Positions 53,740 through 62,116 of a DNA stretch of 64,000 nucleotides are shown here, in pieces. Position numbers and translations under genes: made by a program. Within the stretch, counting starts at the first letter, position 1. Each line of letters begins with the position of its first letter. Below the pieces are notes generated by a model that ran no database searches, was not told the DNA's origin, and saw only the letters and a list, made by a program, of their open reading frames with translations. This DNA is from a virus, in IMG/VR virus record IMGVR_UViG_3300045988_166055, positions 1 to 64,000 of that record. One strand, 5' to 3'.

Positions 53740-53760
53740 GAATCGTTATATTGAATGTAG
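53740..53760 (+). promoter_or_regulatory. GAATCGTTAT-N6-TGTAG motif site
   Basis: Exact bipartite form, 46 nt upstream of ATG 53786. Confidence 0.5.
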
Positions 53761-53785
53761 ATAAATTTTGATGGAGGTAACAAAT

Positions 53786-54730
53786 ATGCCTGCTAATGTT
53801 GAAACAATGTTTAGCGTACGTGAGGTTCCTTGGCACGGTCTTGGAACTATTGTCCAGGAAGCTCCTACTTTTAAAGATGCACTTCACCTTGCTGGTCTAG
53901 ATTGGAATGTAATTTCTAATCCTATTTTCACTGCAGAGGGGAAGGAAATTGAAGGTTGGAAATCAAATGTTAGAGACTCTGACAACACTGTTTTAGGAAT
54001 TGTTTCTAACAAGTACAAGATTGTTCAGAATGCTGAAGCTTTCGAATTCACTGACGAGCTCATTTCTGACGATGTAAAGTATGAGACAGCAGGATCTCTT
54101 AGAAACGGAAAGCAGATTTGGCTTCTTGCTAAGATGCCTAAGGTTAAGGTAGTTGGAGACGATGTTGATCCGTATGTTTGCTTCACTAACAGCCATGATG
54201 GCCTAGGATCTATTAAAGTTTGCATGACGCCTGTTCGTGTTGTTTGCAATAACACACTTAACCTTGCTCTTAGCAATACACGGCGCTGCTGGACGACTCG
54301 TCATGTTGGAGATATCAATAGTAAGCTAGAAGAGGCAAGGCGTACGCTGGCGCTCGCTAACAGCTACATGGAAGATCTAAGCGTTGTAGGGGATAGACTT
54401 GCTAATCTTACTTTCAATCAGTCTGAAGTAGAGCAGTTTGTTGATCTTCTTTTCAAAGTTGACGACGATGCAAGTGATAGGGTCAAGAACAACGCTCAGG
54501 ACATGAAAGACGGATTTATGTATTGTTACTTCGCTCCTGACATCTTGAAGTTCAAAGATACTGCATGGGGAGTTGTAAATGCTGCTGCTGATTTTGCAGG
54601 GCATGCTCGCCCTAGAAGAGTTACTGCTAAGACAAATGAAACTCGTTGGGCAAATACAATGAATGGTAACATCATTGTTGACACTACTTTCCTTCACATG
54701 ATGAAGCTTCTCAATAAGGAGGTCGGTTGA
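53786..54730 (+). CDS. DUF932 / phage-plasmid TIGR03299-like protein
   Basis: FSVREVPWHGLGT...LAGLDWNV...GKQIWLLAKM...VCFTNSHDGLGSIKVCMTPVRVVCNNTL. Confidence 0.65.
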   Translation: MPANVETMFSVREVPWHGLGTIVQEAPTFKDALHLAGLDWNVISNPIFTAEGKEIEGWKSNVRDSDNTVLGIVSNKYKIVQNAEAFEFTDELISDDVKYETAGSLRNGKQIWLLAKMPKVKVVGDDVDPYVCFTNSHDGLGSIKVCMTPVRVVCNNTLNLALSNTRRCWTTRHVGDINSKLEEARRTLALANSYMEDLSVVGDRLANLTFNQSEVEQFVDLLFKVDDDASDRVKNNAQDMKDGFMYCYFAPDILKFKDTAWGVVNAAADFAGHARPRRVTAKTNETRWANTMNGNIIVDTTFLHMMKLLNKEVG

Positions 54731-54731
54731 T

Positions 54732-55001
54732 ATGGATTTGAAGGCTACAATGGTTTATGATGAAGTAAATGATAAGTATACCTACTTCGACAGGAATGGA
54801 GTCATGCTTCAGGATGGGGACATTGTCGTATATTCTGATGGTAGAGAAGAGAAGTTGTATGAAACTACTGACGGACGCCTAGGCACAGACGCAACTAACA
54901 GGCATTGGATTGAGACAGGTCGTGCAGCTCCTTGCGAGTATGGAATTTATCCTCTTGAATATATTGATCTGAAGGAAGTAACCAAGAAGGGAGATAAGTG
55001 A
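54732..55001 (+). CDS. hypothetical protein
   Basis: 89-aa ORF. Confidence 0.5.
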   Translation: MDLKATMVYDEVNDKYTYFDRNGVMLQDGDIVVYSDGREEKLYETTDGRLGTDATNRHWIETGRAAPCEYGIYPLEYIDLKEVTKKGDK

Positions 55002-55002
55002 T

Positions 55003-55710
55003 ATGAGTACTATCAACTGGGCTGAAAACGAAATTGAGATTGTAAGAAACCGTCTCAAGTCTTCGCCTGAAGAAGAAGGAGGCGAAAATGATTACATTTT
55101 AGGATGCTATGAATCCGCATTTAAGGCATTCAAGTCCCTACTCGAGGATGGTCATTCAGGAATGTCTATTTCTATAACTAAATCAATTTTGATTCGTCTA
55201 ATTGATGGACGTCCTCTTAACGACATTCAGGATACAGAAGACGTATGGAATGAAGTTTCAGGATTGAGCAAGGATGTGAAAGAATATCAATGCTCTAGAA
55301 TGTCTTCGCTGTTCAAGAAAGTGTATCCTGATGGGTCTGTTAAGTACAACGATATTTACCGATCTGTCTGCGTCAATGTAGACGATCCGAGAAATGTGTT
55401 CAACGGATATGGATGCAGAATTCTAGACGAGATGCTTCCTATTGAGATGCCTTATTCTCCTTCGTCTAAACAGTATAAAATTTACTGCAAAGAATTCCTT
55501 TATGACGAAGACGGAGGGGATTTCGACACGCTTGGAGTACTTTACGCAATTTCTCCTGAAGGTGAAAAAATCAATATCGAAAGATACTTCAAGGATGTTA
55601 AAGGTACTCCAGGTTGGGTAGAAATCAATTCAGATGAATATTTATACAGAATGTATCATCAATTTAGAACAAATCCGGTTTCTGAGATGATGGATGACTC
55701 TAAAAATTAA
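55003..55710 (+). CDS. hypothetical protein
   Basis: 235-aa ORF. Confidence 0.55.
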   Translation: MSTINWAENEIEIVRNRLKSSPEEEGGENDYILGCYESAFKAFKSLLEDGHSGMSISITKSILIRLIDGRPLNDIQDTEDVWNEVSGLSKDVKEYQCSRMSSLFKKVYPDGSVKYNDIYRSVCVNVDDPRNVFNGYGCRILDEMLPIEMPYSPSSKQYKIYCKEFLYDEDGGDFDTLGVLYAISPEGEKINIERYFKDVKGTPGWVEINSDEYLYRMYHQFRTNPVSEMMDDSKN

Positions 55711-55735
55711 ATTTCGTCTATTCAGGAGATAAAAG

Positions 55736-56080
55736 ATGATAAAGTTTAATGGAATTCATGTCTTTCCTGATGGATCGGTTTTCATAAATGCAAATTTTTA
55801 TGAAACTCCATATTCAGTTGCAATTTTTTCTAGTGAAGAGAGCATTGGCCTATATAACCTTGAAACAGAGAAAATGCTGATCCATGACGAAGATGGATTC
55901 AAATGGATACCTATTGACTTCGCTATTCACGATAATTTCTATAAGTGCTCAGAAGTTGTTAAAAGACTAATGAAGATTAAAGTAGCAGATCTGATGGTTG
56001 ATGACAAAAAGGGTGACTACTTTAGAACTTTCGTAGAAAATCTTATCAAACAATCTGATCCGGATTTCGACGAAGATTGA
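55736..56080 (+). CDS. hypothetical protein
   Basis: 114-aa ORF after CAGGAGA. Confidence 0.5.
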   Translation: MIKFNGIHVFPDGSVFINANFYETPYSVAIFSSEESIGLYNLETEKMLIHDEDGFKWIPIDFAIHDNFYKCSEVVKRLMKIKVADLMVDDKKGDYFRTFVENLIKQSDPDFDED

Positions 56081-56129
56081 ATTGTAATAAGTAAATATTA
56101 TATCTTCAAGGCAAGATCTTGTGTCTATA

Positions 56130-56156
56130 GGCTGGTCAAATAACCCTTGACCAGCC
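56130..56156 (+). terminator. hairpin upstream of nrdD (terminator or regulatory)
   Basis: GGCTGGTCAA 56130-56139 pairs with TTGACCAGCC 56147-56156 (10 bp). The T-tail (TTATATAC) is weak. Confidence 0.45.
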
Positions 56157-56199
56157 TTATATACATATACAACGATACTAACTAGGAGGTAGTTGCTAA

Positions 56200-58431
56200 A
56201 TGAGAATAATTAAACGAAGCGGAGTAGAGGAAGATTTCAACTCCGCTAAAATTATATCTGCGTTAAATAGAGCAAATGCAGAGGTTGAGGGTGACGACAA
56301 GTTATTTCAATATGACGTCGAAGGAATTGCAAGGGCAATAGAGCAAGAAGCAAAGACATGCGACAAACCTCTAAATGTAGAAGAAATTCAAGATATGGTA
56401 GAAGATAGCATAATGTCTTTAGGAAAGTACGCATTGGCTAGAAAGTACATTAAATATCGTCAAGTTCATTCAATGAGTAGAGACAAGTATGATGACTTGA
56501 TGAAAGCAGTTGCAGACAAACTGCTTGGAAGAAAAATTGACAATCAGAATGCAAATGTAGACGAACATTCTTTCGGGGGAAGAATGGGAGAAGCTAACGA
56601 TGTAGTTTGCAGACAATTTGCACTTGACTTTCTTGTTTCTGAAAAGGCAAAGAAGAATCATATTGACAATCGTGTATACATCCATGACCTTAACAGCTAT
56701 GCTGTGGGAAATCATAATTGTCTTAGCGTACCATTTGACGATTTGCTTGCAAACGGATTCATTGTAAAGCAGACAGATGTTAGACCTGCAGGGTCATTGA
56801 ATACAGCTTTTCAGCTTGTAGCAGTCATATTTCAGTTGCAATCTTTGCAGCAGTTTGGCGGAGTTAGCTCAACGCATCTTGACTGGACAATGGTTCCTTA
56901 TTTAAGAAAGTCTTTCTATAAGCACTTCATCAAAGGTGTAAAATATATTGAAAATTTTAGGGGCAAAGGCTTAGACATATATAACAAAGAGATGTCAATT
57001 GACGACAAAGCTTACCACCATTTTCCAAAGGCTTATCAATATGCTATGGACATGACAAAAGAAGAATGTCATCAAGCAGTAGAGGGAATGTACCACAACT
57101 TAAATACACTTCAAAGTAGATCGGGAAACCAGTTGCCGTTTACATCTATCAATTACGGTACATGTACTTTGCCAGAAGGAAGAATGGTAACAAAGGCTGT
57201 TCTTGATCTGTCAATTGAAGGCCTAGGTAAATTAAATAGAACATCTATTTTCCCTTGCGGAATATTTCAGTGTATGAAGGGTGTAAATAGACATCCTGGA
57301 GATCCAAATTATGACCTATTCAGACTTGCATTGAAGTCTACAGCATTAAGACTGTATCCAAATTATTGTAATGTAGACTGGTCTGGAAATGCAGGATATG
57401 ACGTAAATGATCCTAGAACATATTTTTCTACGATGGGCTGTCGAACAGCTAACGGATACGACATAAACGGATTAGGGCAGCTAAAAGATGGAAGAGGAAA
57501 TATTTGCCCTACAACTATAATTCTTCCTACTTTGGCTATGGAAGCTAAAAAGAAAATAGAAAAATTAGCTTATTTGTCAAATTCTTCAGCATCTGAATAT
57601 GATTTGAAATCAGAATTCCTTTCTATTTTAGATGAAGCAATATCAGATGCAAGAGATTCATTGATTGAAAGATACAAATGGATTTGCAGTCAATCTCCGG
57701 ATTCAGCTAAGTTCATGTATGAAAACAATTTGATGGCAGGATATGTTCCAGAAGAAGGAATTGAATCAGCGCTTAAACATGGGACTCTTGCCATTGGGCA
57801 AATTGGACTTGCCGAAACTCTTCAGATACTGATTGGATGCGACCATACAACTAGAGAAGGTATGGAGTTTGCACAAGAAATTGAGTATCTTTTCAACAAA
57901 CGATGCAAGGAATTCAAAGAGGGTTATCACCTTAACTTTGGAGTTTATTATACACCTGCTGAAAATCTTTGTTACACCGCAATGAAGAAGTTCAAGGAAA
58001 AGTATGGCGTAATAAAAGATGTATCTGATAAGGAATTCTTTACTAATTCTATACATGTTCCTGTTTGGAAGCATATTGATCCATTTGAAAAAATAGACAT
58101 AGAATCACAGCTTACTGGATATTCAAATGCTGGATGTATAACTTATGTAGAGTTAGGAAGCAGCTGTAAACACAATCTAGATGCTCTTGAGACGCTTGTC
58201 AATTACGCAATGGATAAAGATATTCCTTATTTCGCAATAAATGTACCAAATGATCAATGTATGGAATGCGGATATTGCGATGAAATGAATGATACTTGCC
58301 CTAAATGCGGTAGCAAGGATATCAAGAGGCTGAGAAGAGTAACTGGCTATCTAACCAACGATTACAAAACATCTTTCAATAAGGGTAAGCAGCAAGAAGT
58401 AGAAATGAGAGTAAAACACGATTCCTTCTAA
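56200..58431 (+). CDS. nrdD: anaerobic ribonucleoside-triphosphate reductase NrdD
   Basis: N-terminal ATP-cone IIKRSGVEEDFNSAKI. C-terminal CMECGYC...CPKCGS zinc site and glycyl-radical motif RRVTGYL. 743 aa. Confidence 0.95.
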   Translation: MRIIKRSGVEEDFNSAKIISALNRANAEVEGDDKLFQYDVEGIARAIEQEAKTCDKPLNVEEIQDMVEDSIMSLGKYALARKYIKYRQVHSMSRDKYDDLMKAVADKLLGRKIDNQNANVDEHSFGGRMGEANDVVCRQFALDFLVSEKAKKNHIDNRVYIHDLNSYAVGNHNCLSVPFDDLLANGFIVKQTDVRPAGSLNTAFQLVAVIFQLQSLQQFGGVSSTHLDWTMVPYLRKSFYKHFIKGVKYIENFRGKGLDIYNKEMSIDDKAYHHFPKAYQYAMDMTKEECHQAVEGMYHNLNTLQSRSGNQLPFTSINYGTCTLPEGRMVTKAVLDLSIEGLGKLNRTSIFPCGIFQCMKGVNRHPGDPNYDLFRLALKSTALRLYPNYCNVDWSGNAGYDVNDPRTYFSTMGCRTANGYDINGLGQLKDGRGNICPTTIILPTLAMEAKKKIEKLAYLSNSSASEYDLKSEFLSILDEAISDARDSLIERYKWICSQSPDSAKFMYENNLMAGYVPEEGIESALKHGTLAIGQIGLAETLQILIGCDHTTREGMEFAQEIEYLFNKRCKEFKEGYHLNFGVYYTPAENLCYTAMKKFKEKYGVIKDVSDKEFFTNSIHVPVWKHIDPFEKIDIESQLTGYSNAGCITYVELGSSCKHNLDALETLVNYAMDKDIPYFAINVPNDQCMECGYCDEMNDTCPKCGSKDIKRLRRVTGYLTNDYKTSFNKGKQQEVEMRVKHDSF

Positions 58432-58445
58432 GGTGGTACTGATAT

Positions 58446-58958
58446 ATGAATTATATTAAAATATCTAAATGCGACATTGCAAATGGACTAGGATTCAGAG
58501 TTGTCCTTTGGGTATCAGGATGTAATCATAATTGTAAAGGCTGTCATAATCCTCAGACCCATGACTATTCAGCTGGAAAAGTATTTGATAACGATGCTTT
58601 AGAATATCTTATCAAATGCCTTTCAAAGCCTTATATCAGAGGCCTAACTATTTCTGGAGGCGATCCAATGTCTCCTAGAAATAGATCAAAAGTGATTGAT
58701 ATATGCAGAGCAGTAAAGCATGATTTTGGAAGTAAGAAAGATATCTGGATATACACCGGAAACGAGTTTAACTTGAGAGAATATTTCTTTCCCGTAGATG
58801 TAGTAGTTGATGGACCATATATAGAAAGCCTTCGTGACATTTCGCTTCCTTTTAGAGGTAGCTCAAACCAAAGGATAATTGATGTGAAGAAGACACATGA
58901 GGAAACGAACACACTTCTAGATCAGAGAATCGTTATTTACAATGTAGACAATAATTAA
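58446..58958 (+). CDS. nrdG: anaerobic RNR activating enzyme NrdG (radical SAM)
   Basis: DIANGLGFRVVLWVSGCNHNCKGCHNPQT; LTISGGDP. Confidence 0.9.
   Translation: MNYIKISKCDIANGLGFRVVLWVSGCNHNCKGCHNPQTHDYSAGKVFDNDALEYLIKCLSKPYIRGLTISGGDPMSPRNRSKVIDICRAVKHDFGSKKDIWIYTGNEFNLREYFFPVDVVVDGPYIESLRDISLPFRGSSNQRIIDVKKTHEETNTLLDQRIVIYNVDNN
58927..58947 (+). promoter_or_regulatory. GAATCGTTAT-N6-TGTAG motif site within the nrdG 3' end
   Basis: Exact bipartite form, 66 nt upstream of ATG 58993. Confidence 0.45.
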
Positions 58959-58987
58959 CACATCAATAGAATTCAAATTCGGAGGTA
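58952..58987 (+). repeat. 36-bp perfect direct repeat, copy 1
   Basis: TAATTAACACATCAATAGAATTCAAATTCGGAGGTA is identical to 63548-63583. It spans the stop codon, the spacer and the SD. Confidence 0.95.
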
Positions 58988-58992
58988 TCCTA

Positions 58993-59196
58993 ATGAGAAA
59001 TATTATTGATAGAATCTATCGTATCCTGAATGCCTGCAAAGGTTTTGACGTAGGTTACAGCTCAGGAACAGTTTCCGATGGTTATTTCTACATTGAGTAC
59101 GAAGGCAAGGCTTACGCAGTGAAGATAGCAGAAATGCCGATGAAGGAGAATGAGAACATCTTTTCTCGTGTGGGTAAGGTACAGTACTACATTTAA
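58993..59196 (+). CDS. hypothetical protein
   Basis: 67-aa ORF, 5 nt after the repeat-borne GGAGGTA. Confidence 0.5.
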   Translation: MRNIIDRIYRILNACKGFDVGYSSGTVSDGYFYIEYEGKAYAVKIAEMPMKENENIFSRVGKVQYYI

Positions 59197-59237
59197 GATT
59201 GATGTAATTGATCTGTATTGAGAAAGGAGAACTTACT

Positions 59238-59480
59238 ATGAAGAAGTATAACTATTTTGAGGTTCCTACCCAGGTAAAGTTTTGGGATTACACCAATGGG
59301 CGCTACCATGGCGGTATTGCTTATAGAGATGAGATTATCTGCGGGTGTTGCGGAGGTGCTTTCAATATTAGCAAAATCTATAAGGTTGCACCCGATACGC
59401 TTTTAGAAGACCCTATCATCGTCTATAATAATTGGGTATGTATTAGCTCTGCGATTTGTGGAGATGAATCAATAGAATGA
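59238..59480 (+). CDS. hypothetical Cys-rich protein
   Basis: ATG after AAAGGAGAA; ...IICGCCGGAF... Confidence 0.45.
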   Translation: MKKYNYFEVPTQVKFWDYTNGRYHGGIAYRDEIICGCCGGAFNISKIYKVAPDTLLEDPIIVYNNWVCISSAICGDESIE

Positions 59481-59483
59481 AAA

Positions 59484-59744
59484 ATGACTAAAGTAGAACT
59501 GACAAATGTGGTAGAAGTGACTTATTGCAAAGATACAAATAGGAATAATTCTTGTAGTACTTTGCTAACTGCTATGGTTCATGTGCCTGAAGAGTCCTTA
59601 CCTCCTATGAGTGAAGAAGAAAAGAAATATGGCCGTCTTCTTGATGTGTACTTTAAGAAAGCTTCCGATATTCTGGAAAATGAAGTTGGACCAGTTGAAA
59701 TTTACCCATTTCGTTTCATGGGACAAGTAACTGTGGTAAATTAA
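59484..59744 (+). CDS. hypothetical protein
   Basis: 86-aa ORF. Confidence 0.45.
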   Translation: MTKVELTNVVEVTYCKDTNRNNSCSTLLTAMVHVPEESLPPMSEEEKKYGRLLDVYFKKASDILENEVGPVEIYPFRFMGQVTVVN

Positions 59745-59797
59745 AAATACTTCAGCTACTTAGTTAAGCTGTGGTAGGAATAACGCAAGGAGGAGTT

Positions 59798-59956
59798 ATG
59801 GTAAAGAATGCAAGGTACATTATGCTGGCAACAAATGCAATGATCAATGATTTTAAGAGTTGTGAAAACGAAGTATTTGTTGATATGATTAAGAATCATA
59901 TTATAGACGGTGTACCTTTTGAGGAAGAAGACATTATGCAGTGGGATAAGGAGTAG
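59798..59956 (+). CDS. hypothetical protein
   Basis: ATG after AAGGAGGAG. 52 aa. Confidence 0.4.
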   Translation: MVKNARYIMLATNAMINDFKSCENEVFVDMIKNHIIDGVPFEEEDIMQWDKE

Positions 59957-59967
59957 GAGGTTGAATA

Positions 59968-60183
59968 ATGGGTCAGGTTGTCGAAAATCGGTTTCAAGAG
60001 AATCATCGCAAAACTCGGCAAGATTTAGTCTTGGAGCAATGGCCTAATGCTCATACTTGTAATGACAACGTGTTGAGTGCATGTCCTAAGGTTTTTGACA
60101 GTAATTTTGTTTGTCATTTTGACTTTTGGCATAATAATTGCAATGATTGTCGACGTAATTTTTGGATGCAGAAGGTGGATTGA
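59968..60183 (+). CDS. hypothetical Cys-rich protein
   Basis: 71-aa ORF after GGAGTAGGAGG. Confidence 0.45.
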   Translation: MGQVVENRFQENHRKTRQDLVLEQWPNAHTCNDNVLSACPKVFDSNFVCHFDFWHNNCNDCRRNFWMQKVD

Positions 60184-60374
60184 TGCGGTTAACCATTATC
60201 TTCAAGGACGAATTTGAGGAATACATGAAAAAGCAATTCGGAAATTTCACGAATCCGCAAGTCTATGGCGTGAAATCTGTACACATAGAAGATGGGTATC
60301 TTTGTTCCACGGTTTTTGAAACGAAAAGGTGGAACTTGGCTAATATTTCCAGATTTTACTGTGAGGAGGGCTGA
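60183..60374 (+). CDS. hypothetical protein
   Basis: TGATG overlap with the upstream stop, after AAGGTGG. Confidence 0.4.
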   Translation: MRLTIIFKDEFEEYMKKQFGNFTNPQVYGVKSVHIEDGYLCSTVFETKRWNLANISRFYCEEG

Positions 60375-60376
60375 CA

Positions 60377-60553
60377 ATGGCTGAATTGAAGTCTTGTCCA
60401 TTCTGCGGAGCAGAAGCTAAACCGATGGGTGAAATTTTAAGAACTCAGAATTCCGGAGAATGGAAGCATTCGTATAACGGGTGCATTCTTTCTGGTTATG
60501 TGATTAGAGAAAATAAGATAGAAGCATGGAACAGGAGGGCTAGCAATCGCTGA
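60377..60553 (+). CDS. lar: Lar-family restriction alleviation protein-like zinc ribbon (58 aa, below the ORF-track cutoff)
   Basis: MAELKSCPFCGAEAKP...NGCILSG...KIEAWNRRASNR shows the CPFCG...AWNRR signature of Lar-like proteins. SD GAGGAGGG upstream. Confidence 0.6.
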   Translation: MAELKSCPFCGAEAKPMGEILRTQNSGEWKHSYNGCILSGYVIRENKIEAWNRRASNR

Positions 60554-60606
60554 ATACATCTATCGTCCGGATGCATCTATGTCTCGTCAAGTGAGGGAAC
60601 TGAGAT

Positions 60607-60936
60607 ATGAAAATGAAGAAAGTATACAAATATGAATGCTCAAACTGGTTCAATCCTTATAGCAGACAGCGTTACCCTGTGTCCATCAATAGTGTTAAGT
60701 ACATCGAAATTGTAGGAAAGAAAACTCCAAACGGAATGCTGTGTGTATCTGCCGAGGATGTGGATGGGCATTTCTGCACTATTCTGAAGTGCTATAAGAG
60801 CACCAAGGGTAAGCGCTATTGCGTCTTTGGTAAGCATCGCCTTTATGAAGGCTATTATGGTCCTGTCCAACTTGTGGGCGTGCCCATTAGCGTTCGTTCG
60901 GCCATTGTTGGCTGCGGTGCAAGGATTGAAGATTAG
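60607..60936 (+). CDS. hypothetical protein
   Basis: 109-aa ORF. An antisense track ORF at 60640-60960 is taken as a shadow. Confidence 0.45.
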   Translation: MKMKKVYKYECSNWFNPYSRQRYPVSINSVKYIEIVGKKTPNGMLCVSAEDVDGHFCTILKCYKSTKGKRYCVFGKHRLYEGYYGPVQLVGVPISVRSAIVGCGARIED

Positions 60937-61040
60937 AGAGGGAGGGATGTGCGCCATCATTGAATTGAAACCGTTTCCGAAGTGTAGACTTAGGCCGTAT
61001 ATTCCTTATTATGAGTTTAGATTTTATGTTGAGGTGCAAA

Positions 61041-61310
61041 ATGTGGATCAAACGAAGAGATTATGAAAAGCTGAAAGAGGTTAGTGGTAAATATTCTGAT
61101 GTTATGAAAGCAATTCATAACGCAGAAAATGGATCGGTAACATTTTGTAATTTTGGAGTGTTTATGCCTGATAGTGTTTATAATTCCTATTCCGATCTTA
61201 TTGCTAGTCGTACGAAAGAAGTTAGCAACCTAAAAGAAAAAATATTGGATTTACAGGCAGGTTTTGAATACTATAAGAATAAGTGCGGAGAACTGATGGC
61301 TGATGAATGA
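61041..61310 (+). CDS. hypothetical coiled-coil protein
   Basis: ATG after GAGGTG. The start is uncertain. Confidence 0.4.
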   Translation: MWIKRRDYEKLKEVSGKYSDVMKAIHNAENGSVTFCNFGVFMPDSVYNSYSDLIASRTKEVSNLKEKILDLQAGFEYYKNKCGELMADE

Positions 61311-61956
61311 TATTAGAGTTTTTAAGCCATGCACCTTAATGCCATGTAAAAAATGCGGCTATGATAATGGTAGAATAATACCATACGGACATTTTCAAAG
61401 CAATCAAACTACATATCGTATTTCTTGTCCAAGATGCAGTTATTGCACAAAAGAAAAAGCAACATTGAAAGAAGCAACCGAAGCATGGAACAGGAGGACT
61501 ATAATGAGTTGTAATTGTAATAAAATTCAGAATTTAAGAATCAAGAAAATGTTTCATGATGCTATTGAGCCTAAAAGAGGGACAGACGGATCAGCAGGTT
61601 ATGATCTATTTGCTTGTGATGCAACATTGATCCTTCCTGGTAAGTCTTGTATGATTACTACAGGAATTGCAATGGAAATTCCTAATGGATATGTAGGGCT
61701 TGTTTTTGCAAGATCTGGACTTGCAACAAAGCAAGGTCTTCGTCCTGCTAATTGTGTTGGCGTAATCGACAGTGATTATAGAGGAGAAATTAAGGTCTGC
61801 TTGTATAATGATTCATATGATGTCAGAGAAGTTAACTTCGGAGATAGAATTGCACAAATTGTAATTGTACCATATATTTATCCAAATCTTGAAGTAGTAG
61901 AAAACTTATCCGATACTGAACGCGGTGATGGTGGATTTGGATCGACTGGTAAGTAA
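61303..61956 (+). CDS. dut: in-frame fusion of a Lar-like zinc ribbon (aa 1-66) and dUTPase (aa 68-217)
   Basis: The N-terminus is CKKCG...CPRCSYC...ATEAWNRR. The dUTPase motifs are GSAGYDL, GVIDSDYRGE and ERGDGGFGSTGK. Internal ATG 61504 sits 5 nt after AGGAGG, which is encoded by the N-R-R codons, so dUTPase may also be made alone. Confidence 0.85.
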   Translation: MNDIRVFKPCTLMPCKKCGYDNGRIIPYGHFQSNQTTYRISCPRCSYCTKEKATLKEATEAWNRRTIMSCNCNKIQNLRIKKMFHDAIEPKRGTDGSAGYDLFACDATLILPGKSCMITTGIAMEIPNGYVGLVFARSGLATKQGLRPANCVGVIDSDYRGEIKVCLYNDSYDVREVNFGDRIAQIVIVPYIYPNLEVVENLSDTERGDGGFGSTGK

Positions 61957-61962
61957 ATTTGA

Positions 61963-61988
61963 AGGGGCAGAGAAATCTGCTCCTTTTC
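61963..61988 (+). terminator. rho-independent terminator
   Basis: AGGGGCAG 61963-61970 pairs with CTGCTCCT 61977-61984 (one G-U), then TTTT. Confidence 0.6.
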
Positions 61989-62029
61989 TATGTAAATTAT
62001 TAAGAAATTATTAACGAAGGTCAACCCTA

Positions 62030-62058
62030 TTGACTTTTCAAAAGAATAGTTATATAAT
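62030..62058 (+). promoter_or_regulatory. consensus sigma-A/sigma-70 promoter (early)
   Basis: CTATTGACTTTT...TATAAT. The -35 is 62030-62035, the spacer is 17 nt, and the -10 is 62053-62058. Confidence 0.7.
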
Positions 62059-62116
62059 ATACACAATAACAAAGGCCCTCAACACATCAAGAAGGTTCAA
62101 ACCTGGAGGTAACAAA

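Noticed and set aside
56090-56199. An NrdR box upstream of nrdD.
   Set aside because: I could not find the paired 16-bp acaC-A-ATAT-T-Gtgt-like palindromes. There is only a GC-rich hairpin at 56130-56156.
56200-58431. I looked for inteins or group I introns in nrdD, polA, terL, dnaB and recA, which are frequent targets in phages rich in homing endonuclease genes.
   Set aside because: All five ORFs are continuous with their motifs in canonical order. There are no extra Hint/LAGLIDADG-like insertions or interrupted frames.
60948-61066. A 39-codon ORF (MCAIIELKPFPKCRLRP...) after a strong GAGGGAGGG could be a third, decayed Lar-like N-terminus.
   Set aside because: Only the ELKP-x-P-x-C stretch is similar. 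The Cys pairs and WNRR are missing, so the evidence is too weak.
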